Source: Octopus vulgaris (Eukaryota). Taken from it: 64,000 nucleotides of DNA. A program made the translations under genes and the position numbers. Every line of letters starts with the position of its first letter. The first letter of the stretch is position 1. The stretch lies in the NCBI GenBank assembly GCA_951406725.2, contig OX597817.1:75454001-75518000 (forward strand), written 5' to 3'. The notes beneath the pieces were generated by a model. The model worked only from the letters and a program-made list of their open reading frames with translations, did not search any database and was not told where the DNA came from. Below, one piece after another: positions 39,970 through 54,554 of the stretch.

Positions 39970-40570
39970 GTCATTATTATTATTATTATTATTATTCAGT
40001 AGTTTTATTTTTATTTTTATAGCGTGCTTTCACTTCACTACCGAGCGCAGCTCTGTGTGCCTTGGGTATGTGCTGTGATTTGTTGTGATGCTCTGATGGT
40101 TATTGTATGGAAAGTGTTCTGCGTAGGATGTGTGCAGTGCTTAGTAGTGCAATTTTCTGTATGTTATATGTGTTTGTAAGTCCTGGTGTTTTTGTTATGT
40201 ATTTGTCTGAATATTTTTTTATCATGCCTAATGCACCTACTATGATAGGAATTGTTTCTGTTTTTAGATTCCACATTCTGGTTACCTCTATTTCCAGGTC
40301 TTTGTATTTTGAGAGTTTCTCCATTTCTTTTAGAGACACGTTGTCATCTGCCGGTATTGATACATCAATTAGAAAGCATTTTTTTCTTCATGATCTCTGA
40401 CAACTATATCTGGTCTGTTGGCCTTAATTTCTCTATCTGTGTGTATCGGCATATCCCAGAGTATGGTTGCTTTCTCGTTTTCTGTGACCTTTTCTGGTGT
40501 GTGCCTATACCATCTTTTTTCTGTTGTTATTCCATAATGTTGGCATAGCTTCCAGTGTATGTAGGTACCA

Positions 40571-40656
<86 letters not shown>

Positions 40657-43600
40657 CATTATTATTATTATCATTATTATTATTATTATTATTATTATCA
40701 TTATTATTATTATTATTATTGTTACCTCCGCAAGGCGGTGAGCTGGCAGTATCGTTAGCTCGCCGGGCGGAATGTTTAGCGGTATTTCGTCTGCCGTTAC
40801 GTTCTGAGTTCAAATTCCGCCGAGGTCGACTTTGCCTTTCATCTTTTCGGGGTCGATAAATTAAGTACCAGTTACGCACTGGGGTCGATATAATCGACTT
40901 AATCCGTTTGTCTGTCCTTGTTTGTCTCCTCTATGTTTAGCCCTTTGTGGGCAGTAAAGAAATAAGAATCGTTAATACACCGGGCGAAATGCTTAGCGAT
41001 ATTTTGTCTGCCGCTACGTTTTGAGTTCAAATTCCGCCGAGGTCTACTTTGCCTTTCATCCTTTCCGGGTCGATAAATAAAGTACCAGTGAAACACTGCG
41101 GTCGATGCAATCGACTATCCTCCTCCCCCAATTTCAGGCCTTGTGCTTATAGTAGAAAGGGTTATTTTTACTGCATTGAATGTAATCTGTGTGGGATGTG
41201 TGCGCTACCTAGCAGTGCTATGTTCTGTAATATGTATTAGTAATTCCTGGTGTCTTGATTATAATTTGGCCGGATGTTTTTTTAATCAGGCCTAAACTGT
41301 ATGTTATCATTGTGTTTTTGTTTTTAACTTCTATAAACAGGTTATCTCTATTTCTGGATCTTTGTATTTCGAGAATTTTTTCATTTCTTTTAGAGGCACA
41401 TTGTCATCTGATGGGACTGACAAGTCGATTAAGAGATTTCTGTTTTTTCGTCGTCCATGACAACAATATCTGACCGGTTAGCCCTGATCTTCCTATCTGT
41501 GTGTATTGGCACATACCAGAGTATCGTTGCTTTGTCATAATCTGAGACTTTTCAGGGTTATGCCAATACCATTTTTTTTCTGTTGACGTTCCATAATTCT
41601 GGCACAACGTCCAGTGTATGGCCCAACTCTGTCATGTCTGTGGACTCACCATCTACTGACCAAAACTAAACAGTCAGAGACAAGACAATATAATTTATTG
41701 TTTCTTCTCCATCACCACATATTCTGCAGCCACTTACCGTATTTTTGCTTCATTTTGTGTTTTTAGTGGGTGATGCTTTTATCTTGTGCCATAGTTAAGA
41801 ACTGTTCAGTCTCTGCTTTGGATACCGAACTTCTCCACTAGTGTTGGGATTTTACTTTGTCTATTTTATTTTGTAGTTTTAGTTTTAGGTCATATTTTAA
41901 CAGCTTTACAGTATTTTTGTTTTTTTATTTTGCCCCATACTTTTCAGGAATTATGACTCCTGTTTTGTAGTTTTCGGTTTCCTTGAAGACAGAAAACATT
42001 TTTTTTTGTTTTGCTCATGTTTTTTGTTATTTGTGTCAAATTTCCTTTATTTTGGATTACATATATCTGTAGTACTATGGTTTTCTACGCTCTTATGTTC
42101 ACTGAGTATATAAACACACTTTCAAATTTTGGGCTGCCTGTGTCAAATGCAGTCAATATTTTTCTTGTTTACTTGTCTTGTTTTGCTAGATCATTTGGTG
42201 TCTTAGTTAAGAATTTTATAAGCGTAAAGTATAACTAGTACCACCACAGTATTGACACCTACCGCCTTATTTTTCGTATTTAGCACTATTTTAAGTATCT
42301 GTCCAATTCATCTGTAATATACTTTCCTTATCTTTGCTTTCATTTCTGCGTATTGTACCCTATCTAGATAATTGATTCCTGAGAATTTGTATGCCTGGAT
42401 TTGCTCTAGTTCTCTTATTTCAGTTTCTTTATCTAGTATATTTATCATCATCATTATTTCTTTTTATCACAGGTTTTGTTGGAGCTCCTGGAGTCTTACA
42501 TGTGTAGCGGGCTTGCTATCTGCAGCCTACGGTACCATGCTATCTGTTCTGTTCAGCTATCTAATACTCTCCTTATTATTCTGGCTGTGCCAAGGAGGCA
42601 AACCTTTTGTAACAAGATCTATTGGGCAATCTATACCAGTTTCCTTTTTATATTCCTCTTGTTATGTTTCCTTTCATTATATGTTTTTGGTAATTTCTGA
42701 TGGGGAGGTCTTGTGCTGTAATTAAAAATCCTCCAGTCTCTGCTTTGAGTCCTGAGCTTCTCAGCTATTGTTGGTATTTTGCTTTGTCTATTTCTTTTGC
42801 GTTTAGTTTAACCCAGTATTTGCCATGAAGGGGCTTTTCTTGCCATCGTTTTGTCATGATCCGTTGCTGTTCCAGTTTTAGTTTGGATTTCAGTTGTTTT
42901 ATAGCTTTTGTTGTTTCTTCTTTTTCTTCATAGTTGTTAGGTACTATGACTTCTTTTTTGTATCTGTCAACTTCCTTAAAGACTGAAAACAGTGTTTTGT
43001 TTTGTTTCTGTTTTGTGGCTATTTGTATAAGTTTTCCTTGCTTCTGAAGTTGGTATTTTTGGTGTCCTATGGTGGTTATTTTCTAGCTGTATAAGGCCTC
43101 TACCATCTTCTATACGTTGTATATATAACCTTTCTATGTCAGATTTTGGGTGATGCATCCTAGATCCTGTCATTATTTTTCTTGTTTTCCTATCTATTTT
43201 GGTTAGTTCATTTAGTGTCCAGTTAAGGATATTGTAGCTGTAACTTATAACTGGGACGGCTAAAGTGTTAATACCTATTATCTTGTTTTTAGCATTCAGC
43301 TCTGTTTTTAGTATCAATCTAACTCGTCTATAGTATTCTTTTTTATTTTCTCTTTCATTTGTGTATGTTGTATCGTATCTAGTTCATTGATTCCTAAGTA
43401 TTTTTATGTCTGGCTTTGGTCTAATTCTCTTACTTCATTTGCTTTATCTAGTATGATGTTGCTACTCTTAACTAGTTTCCTCTTTTTAAGGTTGTCTTGG
43501 TACATTTTTCTAAGCCAAATTTCATGTTTATTTCTTTGGCAAATCCATATACTGTCTGCAGTAATGTTTCCAGCTGTTTATCATTTGTAGTGTACAGTTT

Positions 43601-44700
43601 TAGGTCATCCATATATAAGAGGTGGCTGATTGTTTTGCCGTAACAGTTGTATCCGCATCCAGTTCTGTTTAGCATGTCAGATAAAGGTGTCAATGACAAG
43701 CAGAAAATGAGTGGAGAGAGTTTGTCTCCCTGGAACATTCCTCTTTTAATGGGAATGGATTTGGTTTTCATGAATCTCTCTTCTGTCTGGAGCTGTAGCA
43801 CTGTCTGCCATTTACTCATGGAATGTGTTATATATTTTATGATTATTGGTGCTACCTTGTTCATGGCTAGTGTTTCTAGGATCCATGTGTGGGGAATACT
43901 ATCAAAAAACTTTCGGTAATTGATCCAGGTCATACTCAGACTCTTCTTCTTCCTCCGGTTGTCTTTAGTTATGGCTTTATTGACCATTAGCTGATCTTTA
44001 CAGCCGTATGAGACCTTGCAGCATCTCTTTTGACCTTCTGGTTGCTTAGCTTTTGCAGTGCCTGGCTGGGCAACCTCTTTAGTTGTTATAGGGGTTCAGA
44101 GTTGTTGTTGTTGTTTTGTCGTTATTATTATTATTATTCAATTTTTTTATTTTTATTATGTCCTTTCACTGCACCATTAAGTACAACTCTGCGTGCTTTG
44201 GGTATGTACTGTGTTTTGTTTGGTGTTATTTTACTATATTTAATGCGTCCTATGTAAGTGCTATTTTCTGTATGTTATATATTTATATTCGTAAGTCATT
44301 AGGATTTGGTTATGTATTTGTTTGAATGTTTCTTCTTAGACCATACTTAAACTACCTATCATTCTTAGGAATGCTTCTGCTTCAAATACTCCGAATTCAG
44401 ATTATTTGTATTTTTCAGATTTTTGTATTTTGATAGCTTCTCCACTTCTTTTAGAGATGCTTTGTTATCTTTTGGGACTGATATGTCATTAACTTTTTTC
44501 TTGGTACTTCTTTTTACTTAGTGCGTCTTGGCAACAATATCTGATCGATTAACCTTGATCTTCTTGATCTTTCTATCAGTGTATATTGGCTTATTTCAGA
44601 GTATGGTTGCTTTGTTATTTTATGATGCCTTTCTAGTGTGTGCTTATACCATCTTTTCTTTTTTGCTGATGTTCCTACTCTGTTATGTCTGTGGATATTA
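39440..44700 (-). mobile_element. Nest of co-oriented R4/Dong-like RLE LINE fragments
   Basis: RT motifs RGMFQGDKLSPL and SHLLYMDDLKLY. HPKSDIERLY. RLE domain ILWDMPIHTDREIKANRPDIVV...IDVSIP...EKLSKYKDLEIE...PIIVGALG, present in several copies. Confidence 0.9.
40733..41165 (+). mobile_element. Two tandem SINE family B copies inside the LINE nest
   Basis: GGCGGTGAGCTGGCAGTATCGTTAGC head. A second copy starts at ~40966. Confidence 0.85.
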
Positions 44701-44942
44701 AACAAACACGAGCACTAGCATCACCACTGCCAGCATCACCACAACCACATTCCCCAGTGCCAGCACCAACACCAACAACAGCAGCAGCACCAATACCAGC
44801 ATTACCAATTCCAGCTGTGGCCCCAATACCAGTAACAGCAACACCACTGCCAACATACCCACGCTCATGCGTATGTTTGCATTATCATTTTCGCTATTTA
44901 TATTGATTTATGAATGTAACAATTTTTTTCTATAACTGTATC

Positions 44943-45566
44943 TATTGGGTTGTCCGGAAAGTTCGTGCCGATTTATAGTAGCTTACCTTTCGACTTATTT
45001 TAGAACATGGTTGAGTCCATAAAGTAGGATTTGACTACACCTCCATTTAGAGCACAGTTTAAGCTATCTTTTCGTGGAAGAAGGTTTATGTTCCTATAAC
45101 GTGTTAATTCTGTAACCTTTTAAAATGGAAGATAAGAAAGTCCATTTTCGGCACCTGATACTTTGGGAACCAGACAAAAATTGCTGCAGCTCGGCTGGGA
45201 TGTGTTACCCCACCATCCATATTCACCAGATATTGCTCCTTCAGATTTCCACTTATTCAGGTCTCTGCAGAATAGTCTTAATGGTAAAAATTTCAATTCC
45301 TTGGATGACGTAAAAAAATACCTTCATGAATTCTTTGCCATGAAACCACCTCAATTCTGGGAAGAGGGTATTTTCAAGTTAAAGGAAAGATGGAGACGCA
45401 TTGTGCAACAAAATGGTTCATATTGGTGGTGCTCCAGCATGGCCGCAGTCAAATGACTGAAACAAATAAAAGAGTATATTTGGTCCATTAAAAGTGTAAT
45501 GGCAAGTATTTATTAACCCTTTTCTTTCGTTTAAAAATCGGCTCGAAATTTCCGGACAACTTAATA
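44943..45566 (+). mobile_element. Internally deleted mariner with both TIRs
   Basis: TA-TTGGGTTGTCCGGAAAGTTCGTGCCGATT / AATCGGCTCGAAATTTCCGGACAACTTAA-TA. Encodes VLPHHPYSPDIAPSDFHLF. A family A SINE tail is inserted at 45425-45478. Confidence 0.92.
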
Positions 45567-45928
45567 TTTTTATTAACGTGCATATTTAAAACTTTAATGG
45601 TACACTGTATTCTTACTTTTTAATGTTGTTGTTATGTTTTAAATATAATAAATTTCTTTGTACATCCTTCCCTGAAGATGCTCTCACTTGTAGTTGAATT
45701 AAATTAAATTCAGTTGATTTTATGCTGCAAGTGATGAATTGAAACAATTGTGGGTTTGATCTTGTCAATGTATTAATAAATTTTATTAGTCTTATCTCCA
45801 TCTTCTCTCTTCATCTTTTATTATATTGATAATACATATGTATGTACCTATATTATTAGGTATTCAATCAGTCTAATCTTGGATATTTTTATCCCTCCGA
45901 GGTTTACATCCTCATCTGTACTTTGATA

Positions 45929-46113
45929 TGTTAGTTAGTTAATTTGGCACAAAAAGCAAAAAGCAAGGCCATGTAGGGGGACATGGAGTTATGTACAGGG
46001 TGGTGGTCATGTAAAGAGTTCAGGCCACTTGTGGTCAAGGGAGACTTTGAACCGAGCGGTCGTCGGCATCTTCACCATCTCGTCCGGCAGCTTATTCCAC
46101 GGATCCGCAACCC
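45929..46113 (-). mobile_element. CR1-group LINE 3' end, same family as 29836-31170
   Basis: VADPWNKLPDEMVKMPTT plus the 3' UTR and (TAAC)n tail. Confidence 0.9.
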
Positions 46114-46200
<87 letters not shown>

Positions 46201-46234
46201 TGTATGTGTGTGTATGTGTGTGTGTGTGTGTGTG

Positions 46235-46632
46235 CGTGCGTGTGTGTGTCTTCGTGTCTGTGTTTGTCTCTCCACCACCGCTTGACAATCTGTGCTGCTG
46301 CGTTTATGTCACTGTAACTTAGACGTTCGGCAAAAGAAACTGATGGAATAAGTACCAAGCGTTAAAATTATAAGTACTGCGGTCAATACATTCGACTCAA
46401 AATTCTTCAAGATGGTACCCCAGCATGGCCGCAGTCTAATGACTGAAACAACTGAAAGATAGAAGATAAAAGATTTCGATGAAAAATTCTCTCTTGGCGG
46501 AAGTGCACCCACCTGGTTTCGGGTTCGGTTCCACTACACGTCATTTTGGGCAAATGCATTTTCGATAGCCCTGGGCCGACTAATATGTTGTGAGTAAATT
46601 TGGTTCACGGAAACTATATGAAATCCCGTGGT
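46235..46632 (+). mobile_element. SINE family A fragments (3' half followed by 5' half)
   Basis: CAGCATGGCCGCAGTCTAATGACTGAAAC and TTTTGGGCAAATG...CCTGGGCCGAC. Confidence 0.7.
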
Positions 46633-46639
46633 ATGTTTG

Positions 46640-46772
<133 letters not shown>

Positions 46773-47001
46773 GACTGTCTGTCTGTCTGTCTGTCTGTCT
46801 GTCTGCCTGTCTGTCTGGCTGGCTGGCTGTCGGACTGCCTGTCTGCCTGATGTCTGTTTGTCTATCCGTCAGTCTGTCTACTTATCTACGAATATATCAA
46901 TGGCCAGAACATGCAGTTAAAAAATTTTTTCATAAAAGAGTGTATAACTGTGAATGAATGACAATTATAACGGAGGGGGTTGACCGCTATTTCTAGAGAT
47001 G

Positions 47002-47087
<86 letters not shown>

Positions 47088-47128
47088 CTAATATATATAT
47101 ACACACATATACACATATATATATGTAT

Positions 47129-47193
<65 letters not shown>

Positions 47194-47949
47194 AATACAT
47201 GTATACACACTTGCATATATGTACGTATATATGCACACACACATACACACACATATATATATATACATACATAAATGCATAAGCGCACGTGTGTGTGTGT
47301 GTGTGTGTGCGCGTGCCTTTCTTCGCCTTTTAATTGGTGTTCATGATTCATCATGTGTATATTTTCCACCATAAAAGAATGTTACCGTTTTCTGCTGTTG
47401 ATAAGGTTGCTGTTGTTTTCTTTCCATGATTGAGCAGGCCTCTTGCCAGAGACATTCCATCTTTTCCTTTTGTGTAGGGAATGTAGGACAGTGTAATTCA
47501 ACACGTTCGTTTTTAAGTCAAGAGAGTGAGATTTGAAGATTTAGCTACTCTGTCTAGCAGACCGAGCGACCATTTATAGACTCCCTCGTTGGTTTGGTAG
47601 CGATACTATTTAATGAAAAGTGTTTGATCTTGTCAAGTAAAACAAATGAACCTCGTCTGGTTGCATCCTTACAATCTATTTTTATTAATAATTTGTTTCA
47701 TTTTCGTTCTTCATCAATATATGCTCTTTTCTCAATATGAACCTATGTAAGAAATCAATCAATATCTTCGAATATTATACAATCACTAAAATGGGCTTTA
47801 CATCGGGTTTAGTTTGAAAGACATCTCTATATAGAGCCAATACATTCTTGCACGTACACACCTTCCTAAAATCTGATACCAAGCCTCAGACTTTGTATAA
47901 GAACGTTCTGCATAAAGTTTTTAAAATATGGAATATAGATGCATGCAGA

Positions 47950-48058
47950 GCCATCTTGAAGGAAGGAAGAAAGGTTTTCAAAGCACTACGTCCAGCGCAA
48001 TCTTGAGTGAAGGAAGAAGGGTTTTCAAATCACTACGTCCAGCGCCATCTTGAGTGAA
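47950..48058. repeat. ~47-bp tandem duplication
   Basis: ATCTTGA..GAAGGAAGAA.GGTTTTCAAA.CACTACGTCCAGCG occurs twice plus a partial copy. Confidence 0.85.
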
Positions 48059-48998
48059 ACAATACAAAGAGTGAAAAATTTATGAATCCCGGCACAGTAC
48101 ATGACGATCATATACCAGAAGTGCAGTGATTGCCTCATTGGAGTCCTATTTAAGTACATATTTCCAATAATGTTTGTTGATCACAAATGGTCTCACTTAA
48201 GAAAAAAAATGACTATTTGATTTGTTTTTACGAAATTACGTAGTAATTAACCATCCTTGTTCTCATGTTATTAGTTCACGATTGGTTTTTATAACAAATT
48301 CAGGTCTCACTGCATTGTACGAATAGCTGGTAACTTTAATCCCTTTGGTACCCTTGTTTGTTGAAATACACTCTATTTGCTTCATATTTTAAAAAAATAA
48401 TGAAGAGCTTAGGAAAGAAAAAACGTTTGGAAGATGAATTAACATGAAACTTTAATGGAAGGTTTTAATATTGATCACTTTAAAACAGGTTTGTATCATA
48501 GAACCAGAGATGGTCTCAGGCGGGTTGGTATGAAAAGAGATAAAGTTCGAGGGTATGAGTACTTATCCAAAAATAACTTAGAAATCCCAAAAGAAAATTA
48601 ATGATGATTTACAGTATCCCAATTATCACAGTAAAATTAATTAATGGATATACAACACGTGTTTAAAATGATTCAAAAGATTTACGAAGAGATTAAGTAA
48701 TAAAAAATAACAACACAGTGATTAATTAATAAATTAATAATATATAATAATCTTTAAAATAATATAATAATAAAAAACAATAATAATAACGATAACAACG
48801 ACCAAGTTATATAACAGCGGAAACAGCAAACTTCGTACAAAATATTAGTTCAAAATTTTCTGAAAGCCACTTGAAAGCATGTAGTTACATATAAAAACAA
48901 AACAGAAAATTTCAACTTTAATATACAAGTGTGAACGATCAGAAATTTGTAATTATATTGTTTGGTTGTAAAATCTCTCGTAGGAACCCATTTATATT

Positions 48999-49125
<127 letters not shown>

Positions 49126-49278
49126 CACACATTTATATTTAAGCATATATATTCATACATATATACATACACAAATACACACACGCATATACGTACACAC
49201 ACACACATATACATATATATATATATAAACACACGTACAAATGTATAAGTGTAAGGACATATGCTTACATACACAAAC

Positions 49279-49328
<50 letters not shown>

Positions 49329-49358
49329 GTATCTATACATATATATATATGTATACAT

Positions 49359-49407
<49 letters not shown>

Positions 49408-49493
49408 AATAATTAAGCAAAAATGTCTATACACGTTTTTTTCATATATTTAAACATATTCTATACATGTTTATGCATATACACATATACATG

Positions 49494-49544
<51 letters not shown>

Positions 49545-49778
49545 TACATATTTGATATTAGTCAAAGAGATATGGAACCCGCTGTCGGGACCCACTGCTG
49601 ATATTGGGGTTTGCGTTCTATGCCTTGACCCGAGCATAGAATAGGGCCTCTCCCCTTTGAGGTGGGAAATGTATGGAATGCCTAGTGTGTGTCTTGTGAC
49701 TAACTCCTCCTAAAAATTGTGAATAGGCCTGGGTATATGTATGTATATATGTATTATGTGTATGTATTTATATGTATG

Positions 49779-49844
<66 letters not shown>

Positions 49845-49856
<12 letters not shown>

Positions 49857-50669
49857 TCAACTTGTGTGTCTGTGTGTGTATCTGTGTGTGTGTCTGTGTG
49901 TTTAACTTCCCGGCACAGCCCCTCCTAGACAACAAATCGTAGAACCACCAAAAATGGGTCACTTAAAGTTTAGGCGAATGAAAATTGAACTGCGCTATTT
50001 CTGTTCCGAAATTCACCTCGCAAGTGCAAAAAATCGATAATGTGTTTGTTTAGGCCTTATCTCATGCATTGAATAGTGAACTTTACTCAGTTAGCTGTTT
50101 GACGTGAACTGTTTTCACCACGCGTGCAAGCATGCGTAAATTGCATGAAAAATAAAAAGTCAAGATATAAAAACGAACCGCCGTAAACATTGTAGAAATT
50201 CAGCAAAGAAATGAATTTTTGGGATGTAGCCTGGAGGGTTTTTTCGTATTAATCGTTTGGACTTTGTGAACACATACCAATGGTTTTCATAACATTTTTA
50301 ACGCTTTGAATTAAATGTGACCATTTTGCGTTGAGTCTGCAGTTTGAATCACTTTAACCAAATTTTAGCAGGCTGGATTTTTGATCATCACGATACATCG
50401 CCAGCGACTCCCTGAAACTCTCCCCTGAAATCTCCGTTGAGAAATACTGATCTAAAAGAATAATTCAACAATGCAATTATTTGATCAACGAAAATTTATG
50501 AAACATACTTCCTATTGAGGAAATGGAACACATAAGCGCAAAAATAGAGGGAATTAAATGCCTGATTTTAAAACCAAAATAATTGAATTTTGATTGAACT
50601 TAATCCAAGTTTAGCTTAATTCGCGCGTGCATAGAACGTACGAGCGCACGAGCCGGGCAATACTGCTAG
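49845..50669 (+). mobile_element. Non-autonomous Helitron
   Basis: 5' (TA)nAAAACT...GTGTGTCTGTGTG. 3' GCCGGGCAATACTGCTAG followed by T. Confidence 0.6.
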
Positions 50670-51063
50670 TGTATATATATATATATATAGTCAATTAAAA
50701 GCCAGAGAAAAAGACAAAAAAACCCCCAGACAAATGTGACGATGTAATACAAGCAATGTATTAATAAGACATTCAGAGGACAAGAGTAGTAGTTTTACGC
50801 TTCGAGCATAGATCTTCGGAAACAGGAAAAGCAGGAAGTCCAAGAGGAAGGAGAAAAAAAAAATCGCCAACAATCACGTGCGATCTCCACGATCAGGGTG
50901 CAACCAGAGCGCTTGTTTTTTTCCATTACATCATAAATTTCATAAACTTTACATGTTTCACTAGTTAATGTTTATACGTTGTGCGGTAATCCTTACGTAG
51001 ACGATTACGTAATTTTGACATTGAAACGCCAGGTCTCTCTCTCTCTTCTCTATCACCCGATTA

Positions 51064-51120
<57 letters not shown>

Positions 51121-51673
51121 TATCATTCAAAAAAAAAAGTATTCTATAAATAACCACTCCCAAACGGACCAGGAAAATTTGTCAACTTCAACAAATACTG
51201 CTGCTACAGCTGAATTTTTACCCAAACAATCAGTTGTGAAGAACAACTTATTGATGAACCTCATGGTTTACTACTACTGCTACCAAGCCTGATTCAAACT
51301 AATAACGGAGGAAAATTACTCTTCGGACAATGTCATATTTATACCACCCGAAGAGATCGTCATAATGATGCATAAATCGCTGCATATGAATATGCAACAA
51401 TATGCAATTAACACGATCAAAATACGTGTCGAGAAATTATTTTGAATGAACCAATTCTAATTAAACATAAAGTTTGAATGTTCAAATCCTTCGTTCGCTG
51501 TATTATCAATGTATATACATACACACACACCTTCCCCTTATATATAATATTATACGCTTATAAATTTATAAATGTGAATATGTGTGGATATTTACATATA
51601 TATGTGTACATATATGTATATATTTGAGTTTGTAGATATATAACGATAGGTAGATAGATAAACACACACACAC

Positions 51674-51764
<91 letters not shown>

Positions 51765-52696
51765 GACAGGGAAATAGAGAGAGAGAGAGAGAGAAATAGA
51801 AGACAGAGAGAATAGTGAGAGGGAGAGAAAGTATAAGAGAGAAGGATGTGAGAACTGTGTGCGCATACGTCCAGCAATATTAGAGCTCAACTTTATGTTT
51901 AGAGCAAAATTTATTTAAAGAATCGGAATGACTGATGTATTCCGGTGTCCGGTAATTTCATTTACCGTGTCTTCAGCTATATTGATAAGAAATGTTATCT
52001 TCTCTGGAGAGTTTAGTGGGTGATGGTTGTTGCATCTGTAGATTGTGATATGGTTCTGGCAGTTGATTTATAGAAGTATTTGCGTTTTGAGGACGAAGAG
52101 TTGTTGATACGACAAGAAGATAACGTAAACGTTTGTTGTTGATTGTGTAGATGATTGCCTTGGTTTTGTGGAGTCGTTTTTATGTTTGGGTATGGAGGTT
52201 TTTCTCAGGGAATTGCTGTTTGGGCGAGAAAGAGGTGCTTGAGTGGCACACAGTCATTGGTAATGTATTCTAGTATGACGAAAGGATTTTCACAGACTAA
52301 TGAATCAAACTACTCATGAATTGATTTCTTATCTAATTGAGTGATGATAAAACTGAAGTGAAACATAGCCAGTGCGTGTGTTTTTATTGGCATTGTAACC
52401 CTCTCAAAATGCAATATTATCCGCTTCAATGCGATTTCTCATCAAGAATCGTGCGAAACAAATACAAAAAACAAAACATTTGATTATGAAAGGAGATTGA
52501 AAACGAGGTAATAGGTAATGAATGAGTCTTAAGAGTGGTGGTCAACGTAATTGGCTGTAATTGATGTAGTAGACGGGTAGGGGGATATAGGGGCCACTAT
52601 TGTAAGGTGAAAAATAAATAAGTATTCATATTTACAACCAGTGAAAAATAATACAAGGTATCGATTTTATGAGACTAACTACTTGTTGATTAATAA

Positions 52697-52950
52697 AATA
52701 AATGCGCCCTTTTAAAGCCTAGCCAGGCTCATGGGCCCGGTTTCCCGGTTTCTATGGCGTATGTGTTCCCCAGTTGGACGGGACGCCAGTCCATCGCAGC
52801 GTTACTCATTTTTGCCAGCTGAGTGGACTGTAGCAACGTGAACTGAAGTGTTTTGCTCAAGAACACAACGCGTCGCCCGGTCCAGGAATCGAAACCACAA
52901 TCTTACCATCATGATGCTGACACCCTAACCACTAAGCCACGCGCCTCCAC
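52697..52950 (-). mobile_element. SINE family C with a 13-bp TSD
   Basis: TGTTGATTAATAA at 52684-52696 and 52951-52963. Head GGAGGCGCGTGGCTTAGTGG...GGTTTCGATTCC. Confidence 0.92.
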
Positions 52951-53049
52951 TGTTGATTAATAACCGAAGATAATTGTGTCGTATTCATATGTATTTATGT
53001 GTGTATGCAAGTGTGTTAGGTTGGTGTGTGGTTGAATGTGTAACTGTTC

Positions 53050-54307
53050 GGATGGTGGAATTCCTCTTCCTTCATTAATTTATTTTTATCAGAACTATAT
53101 AAAATTATTTTACTTTTTACAGTTTACGTAGAATTTTTTTTCTATTTCAAATGATATAGGTGTTATATATCTTTCTACAATTTGAATAATTTAAATACAC
53201 AATTAATTCAAATGATTAAAATTGTCGGCAAAATAAATTCAAGACTGTACCAACATTATTTTGTTTAAATTGAAAATTTACCGCTCAAATGATCAACAAA
53301 CAAACATTTATTATTAGTATCTAGTTCCATAGCCATTATTTTCAATTACGGCCTTACAACGGTGAGACATGCAGTTCGATAAATGAGTACAAAAATCACC
53401 TGGAATGTTCTGCTATATTCTTCAATAAAATTATATAATTGGGATAAATTTGTTGGTGTTTTACCATGAAAATATAATTCCATAAATTTTCTATCGGATT
53501 CAAATCCGAGCTCTGCGGAGACTACTGAATAACAACCATATTATTGCGCTCAAAATACTGCAAAACTTACCTAGGCTTATGAACGGGGCAATTGTCCTGC
53601 TCGAAAATAAATCCCAGTGGCGTCTGATTATTTAAATATAGCAGCGCATTTTCATGTACTAATTGCAGATAGCCTACACTGTTCTGTCTGCCATCAACCT
53701 TAACAGTTGGACCAACATCTAAGCTTCTGAATGCGGCCCACACTATTACCCCATCGCCTCCCACTTGCGCCGGTTACCTTCAGAGAGCCTATGAATTTGC
53801 CGATCCATCTGTACTGTTGTTTTTTCTCGGAGCGCCCGTACTTTGCCGACCTTTGTATAGGCCAGTGGCTTGGCAAAGCTTCCATGTTTGAACACAAGCC
53901 ATTTTGCTGCATCCTAAATGTTTGTTAATGTTCATGAAGGACACATTTTGCAGATAAAGCAACACAATCTTTGATCTAGTAACTGGGCTGATACCACGAC
54001 GCTTTCCCATAGCGAATTAATATGTAACAATACTCGATTATTAAACGAAACAGTGCACTACGGCAACCATATTTGCATAATCTTGGTACAGTCTTAAACT
54101 TATTTTGCCGACAATTTCTAATCATTTGAATTAATTGCACATCAAAATTATTCAAATTGTAGAAAGGTATATATTGCTTATATCTTTCGAAAGAGAAAAA
54201 ATTCTACAAAAACTGTAAAAAGTATAATAATTTTATAGTTTTGTTAAAAATATATTAATGAATGAATAGAATTGTCATCATCGGTTTTAAACTTATTTTG
54301 GCCAGTG
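53050..54307 (-). mobile_element. Tc1 element with long IR/DR-type TIRs, decayed and deleted
   Basis: MGKRRGISPVTRSKIVLL, GVIVWAAF and FIFEQDNCPVH. ~53075-53260 is inverted relative to ~54077-54270. TTAAACTTATTTTG occurs as inner and outer repeats. Ends CAGTG-TA. Confidence 0.85.
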
Positions 54308-54329
54308 TATATGCATACTGGGTAAAAGA

Positions 54330-54510
54330 AAATACAGGAGGATAAGTTAATTATGATTTTATTCAACATTTTCCCCTCTCTGATTCAAACACTTATTGCA
54401 TTGGTCCTCCAGTTTTTCTAAGCCCTGTAAAAGAACTCGGAAAGTTGGACTTCTAATCAGGCCTTTCGCGATACCCTTAAAGCCAGGAACGTTTCAGCAT
54501 CCCCACGTGT
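54330..54510 (-). mobile_element. Mariner-derived MITE-like remnant
   Basis: Terminus ACGTGGGGATGCTGAAACGTTCCTGGCTTT and a C-terminal LEDQCNKCLNQRGENVE remnant. Confidence 0.55.

Positions 54511-54554
<44 letters not shown>

Noticed and set aside
44715-44865. Pro/Ala/Thr-rich ORF
   Set aside because: Degenerate CCA/GCA/ACA trinucleotide repeat with no splice or homology support.
51960-52270. Strand-skewed non-repetitive block next to (GA)n
   Set aside because: No frame stays open from the candidate acceptor. It may be UTR, but the sequence alone does not support that.
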